Assembly (NCBI GenBank): GCA_963706775.1
Contig: CAVPNF010000013.1
Location: forward strand, 7,235 to 71,234
Reading direction: 5' to 3'
DNA length: 64,000 bases
Source: an uncultured Chitinophagaceae bacterium
GTDB taxonomy: Bacteria > Bacteroidota > Bacteroidia > Chitinophagales > Chitinophagaceae
Shown here: piece after piece, positions 59,171 through 64,000 of the stretch
Numbering within the stretch: position 1 is the first letter of the stretch
Layout: each line of letters opens with the position of its first letter
Program-made: the position numbers and the translations under genes
The notes under the pieces: generated by a model
Seen by the model: only the letters and a program-made list of their open reading frames with translations
Database searches by the model: none
Told to the model about the DNA's origin: nothing

Positions 59171-62005
59171 CTAGGCCATACATTCATTGACGAGGTAAAG
59201 GATGGACTCGTAATTTTTATTGACTGCTTCAGACATCGCCATTTCGCAAGTTTTTGTGGAAGAATAATACCCTTCATAATTTGCAGATTTTACCTCATGT
59301 GCTTCAAAGAAAGTAGCAGAAGCTGTTAACTCCGGAAACAAAAATCCCCTGTCACCTGCCATACCACAGCACCCTGCTTGTACAGGAATAGTAACCTGTT
59401 CAGCAAAATGCGTAGCAATGTTTTTAAATTTAATTTCTGTATTTAACTTTTTCAAGGAACAGACAGGATGCAATACAATATTTTCTTTCTTTTGCTTTAT
59501 ATCACAAACGGGCACCACCATATCATGCAAATAATCAATACTGTCCAAAATACGCAGTTGATCAAACCTGGACTGATTGCTTAAAGAAAGTGCCGGACGA
59601 AGATGATGTAGCGTATAGGCACAAGAGCTCACATCTATCACTACCGGAAGCTTTCCCTCATCTGTGCTGTGCCACAATTCTTCAACTATTTTATTAGCAG
59701 TAAAACGGTATGCTTCACTAAAGCCTTTCGAATTAAAGATTTGCCCGCAACAACTGCCATGCATATTCCCAATCACTTTTACCTGTATCCCAGCTTTGGA
59801 AGAAACCTCGAGGAATGTTTCCATAATGTTTTGTTTACCGGAAATGGAATTGCCCATGAGTCTTGAAATACAACTTGGGAAATACACAATTGTCTCATTA
59901 GAGTTGGCAGGCTGTGCAATGTTTTTTTGTTTTAATATTCCCAAATCAGGCGGAGATGGAATTTGCGTTGTCCATAACGGGAATGAAGGAATTACTTTCT
60001 TTACCGTTTTGGTAAAGTTGTACATTGTTTTCTGGCCAAATATGCGGTTAGTTATTTTGCCTGCAGTCAATGCCAAACGCAAAATAAACAGAGTCGATGT
60101 AAAATTTTTTGCAATCAGCACTGCCGATTTTTTTGCAAAAGCAGAATGATTTTCTCTCCTCAGCCTCTTTACCAGATCACCTGTATTAATATCAACAGGA
60201 CAGGCGCTTCCACAAAGTCCGTCGACTGCACAGGTATCCAGTCCATCGTATTGATATTGCTCCAATAAAGTCTTATGGCTTTTATGATCTCCTGAAGAAT
60301 GCATCAGGGCCAATGCCCTTCTGGCCACAATTCTTCTCCTCGGTGTTAAGGTTATATCCCTGCTTGGACATACAGGTTCACAAAATCCACATTCAATACA
60401 TTTGTCCACTTCCGATTCCACAGATGGAAGTTGTTTGAGGTTTTTAATATGCGCCTGTTTATCCTCGTTGATAATCACTCCCGGGTTCAGCAACAAAGAA
60501 GGGTCTGCCGCCAATTTGATCCGCTTCATAATCTGGTAAGCATTTGCGCCCCATTCTGTTTCCACAAAAGGCGCCATATTCCTGCCAGTGCCATGTTCGG
60601 CCTTCAGGGTACCCTGAAACCTGTTAACTACCAGATGAACTACTTCGCGCAAAAACCGGTCGTACCTTTCTATTTCAGCAGGTGCGTTAAAGGATTGCGT
60701 AATTACGAAATGTATATTACCATCTTTCGCATGTCCGAATATAATTGCGTTATGGTATTCGTATTTTTTGAAAAGCTTTTGCAATTCTAGGATGGCATCT
60801 CCCATGGTTTCAAGCGGAAAGGCAATATCTTCCAGTATAACAGTGGTACCACTTGCCCTGACAGCTCCCACTGCCGGAAACAGACCTTTTCGCACCTTCC
60901 ACAAAAATTCCCTTTCAACAGGATCTGAAGTAAATGTTACTTTATTTAAAAGTGAAAATTCTTCGGCTGCCGCCATAAAATTATTTACCCTCGATTCCAG
61001 TTCGGACCAATTGGCTTCCTGAAATTCTATCAGCATTGCAGCGGTATCAAGAGGCAATGTTTTTACAAACGGATCCATGCCGGGTAAATGCTCAATAGCC
61101 CGCAAGGATGCTCTATCCATCAACTCTATCATAGATGCACCTGCATTTTTTAACGTGATGGTAGAATTACATGCATCATATATATCCTTAAAATACAAAA
61201 TAGAGGTAGCCTTACAAGGCTCGTCAGCAATGGTTTCCAGCACTGATTCGGCAATAAACGCAAGCGTACCTTCTCCTCCAATGAGCAAGTGGGCAAATAT
61301 ATCCAGCGGATGTTCATAATCAATAAGCGCATTTAATGAATAACCTACCGTGTTTTTCATTTTATATTTTCGTCTAACGGTATCGTATAAACGCTTATCC
61401 GCTGTTATTTCCTTTTTAAGCAAAATCAGTTCATCCGTCAATTTTTTACAAGAAGTTTTAAAACGCTCATAATCGGCTTTTTCCTCTGTGGAGAACGTTT
61501 GCCCATCCGGCAGTATAAAGCGTACGAACCTGGCCGTATGATAGGAATTAAACTCAACACCACAGCACATTCCACTTGCATTGTTGGAAAGGATACCACC
61601 CATCATAGCAGTTCCGATGCTGGACGGATCAGGACCTATTTTTCTTTTATATTTATTAAGATAAGCATTTACCATAGCACCGGTAATACCAGGCTTTACC
61701 CGTACCATTGAGCCGTTATCTGTTATCTGTATATCTTTCCAACCCTGGCTCAGATCTACCAGAATACCATCTGTTATTGACTGACCGGAAAGACTGGTAC
61801 CACCTGCTCTAAAAACAATAGGGATCTTAAAATGCCGGGAAAATTTAAAGAGGGCAATAACTTCCTGTTCGTTCACAGGGCGCACTACCGCCTGTGGAAC
61901 CAAATGGTAAAAGCCTGCATCAGAAGCGTAAGATACCCGATCAATGAGCCTTGTTTTAATACGGGCTTCCGGTAGTATTTTTTGCAATTCTACTGTTATA
62001 TCCAT
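59171..62005 (-). CDS. FAD-binding, Fe-S-containing oxidoreductase (D-lactate dehydrogenase Dld-II-like)
   Basis: FRAGGTSLSGQ, GPDPSS, GHAKDGNIHF, LKAEHGTGRNM, CIECGFCEPVCP and CCG motifs. Confidence 0.9.
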   Translation of the reverse strand: MDITVELQKILPEARIKTRLIDRVSYASDAGFYHLVPQAVVRPVNEQEVIALFKFSRHFKIPIVFRAGGTSLSGQSITDGILVDLSQGWKDIQITDNGSMVRVKPGITGAMVNAYLNKYKRKIGPDPSSIGTAMMGGILSNNASGMCCGVEFNSYHTARFVRFILPDGQTFSTEEKADYERFKTSCKKLTDELILLKKEITADKRLYDTVRRKYKMKNTVGYSLNALIDYEHPLDIFAHLLIGGEGTLAFIAESVLETIADEPCKATSILYFKDIYDACNSTITLKNAGASMIELMDRASLRAIEHLPGMDPFVKTLPLDTAAMLIEFQEANWSELESRVNNFMAAAEEFSLLNKVTFTSDPVEREFLWKVRKGLFPAVGAVRASGTTVILEDIAFPLETMGDAILELQKLFKKYEYHNAIIFGHAKDGNIHFVITQSFNAPAEIERYDRFLREVVHLVVNRFQGTLKAEHGTGRNMAPFVETEWGANAYQIMKRIKLAADPSLLLNPGVIINEDKQAHIKNLKQLPSVESEVDKCIECGFCEPVCPSRDITLTPRRRIVARRALALMHSSGDHKSHKTLLEQYQYDGLDTCAVDGLCGSACPVDINTGDLVKRLRRENHSAFAKKSAVLIAKNFTSTLFILRLALTAGKITNRIFGQKTMYNFTKTVKKVIPSFPLWTTQIPSPPDLGILKQKNIAQPANSNETIVYFPSCISRLMGNSISGKQNIMETFLEVSSKAGIQVKVIGNMHGSCCGQIFNSKGFSEAYRFTANKIVEELWHSTDEGKLPVVIDVSSCAYTLHHLRPALSLSNQSRFDQLRILDSIDYLHDMVVPVCDIKQKKENIVLHPVCSLKKLNTEIKFKNIATHFAEQVTIPVQAGCCGMAGDRGFLFPELTASATFFEAHEVKSANYEGYYSSTKTCEMAMSEAVNKNYESILYLVNECMA

Positions 62006-62174
62006 AGAGTTCCATTTAAAGAAAAAAGTTTTTATTTATTGCAAGCCAACCCGAGTCAAAAATAGGAACATCTGCATTACATAATAATATAAAAGGATTC
62101 AACTTATGAATATTCTAACAAGGTAATCAGGATTACGGATCGCAAGACAGTATCGTTAAGAGATAAAACAGCGA

Positions 62175-64000
<1,826 letters not shown>

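Overview
AT-rich bacterial chromosomal DNA with Bacteroidota (probably Chitinophagaceae-like) gene content: SusC/SusD, a TAnnTTTG promoter, an XRE-S24 LexA-like repressor and a fused E1 alpha/beta. From 1 to 12.6 kb the genes are mostly housekeeping or stress related (LexA-like repressor, ssb, dps, aldo-keto reductase, NRAMP, 2-oxoacid dehydrogenase E1, M42 peptidase). A complete kdpFABC cluster with split KdpD and a sigma54-type response regulator occupies 13-22 kb. A patchwork accessory region (22-57 kb) holds GH2, GH29, SusCD, AraC/SDR modules, many short genes and gene fragments, an IS3 remnant and degenerate attC-like palindromes. tRNA-Asp is followed by a scrambled copB pseudogene, and the window ends in a phosphotransferase, atypical enolase and FAD/FeS dehydrogenase cluster. 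About eleven indels plus one in-frame stop interrupt otherwise intact genes, mostly at homopolymers, so they are probably assembly errors. The most unusual signal is a non-palindromic ~26-bp motif (AAAA-TCTACW-WWWTGRSTTWT-SAG). It occurs at least 15 times, 14 times between genes and once in a pseudogene. It sits at the borders of gene modules, beside gene fragments and at an inversion junction, which suggests a dispersed site-specific recombination site. No integrase or CRISPR array is visible in the window.
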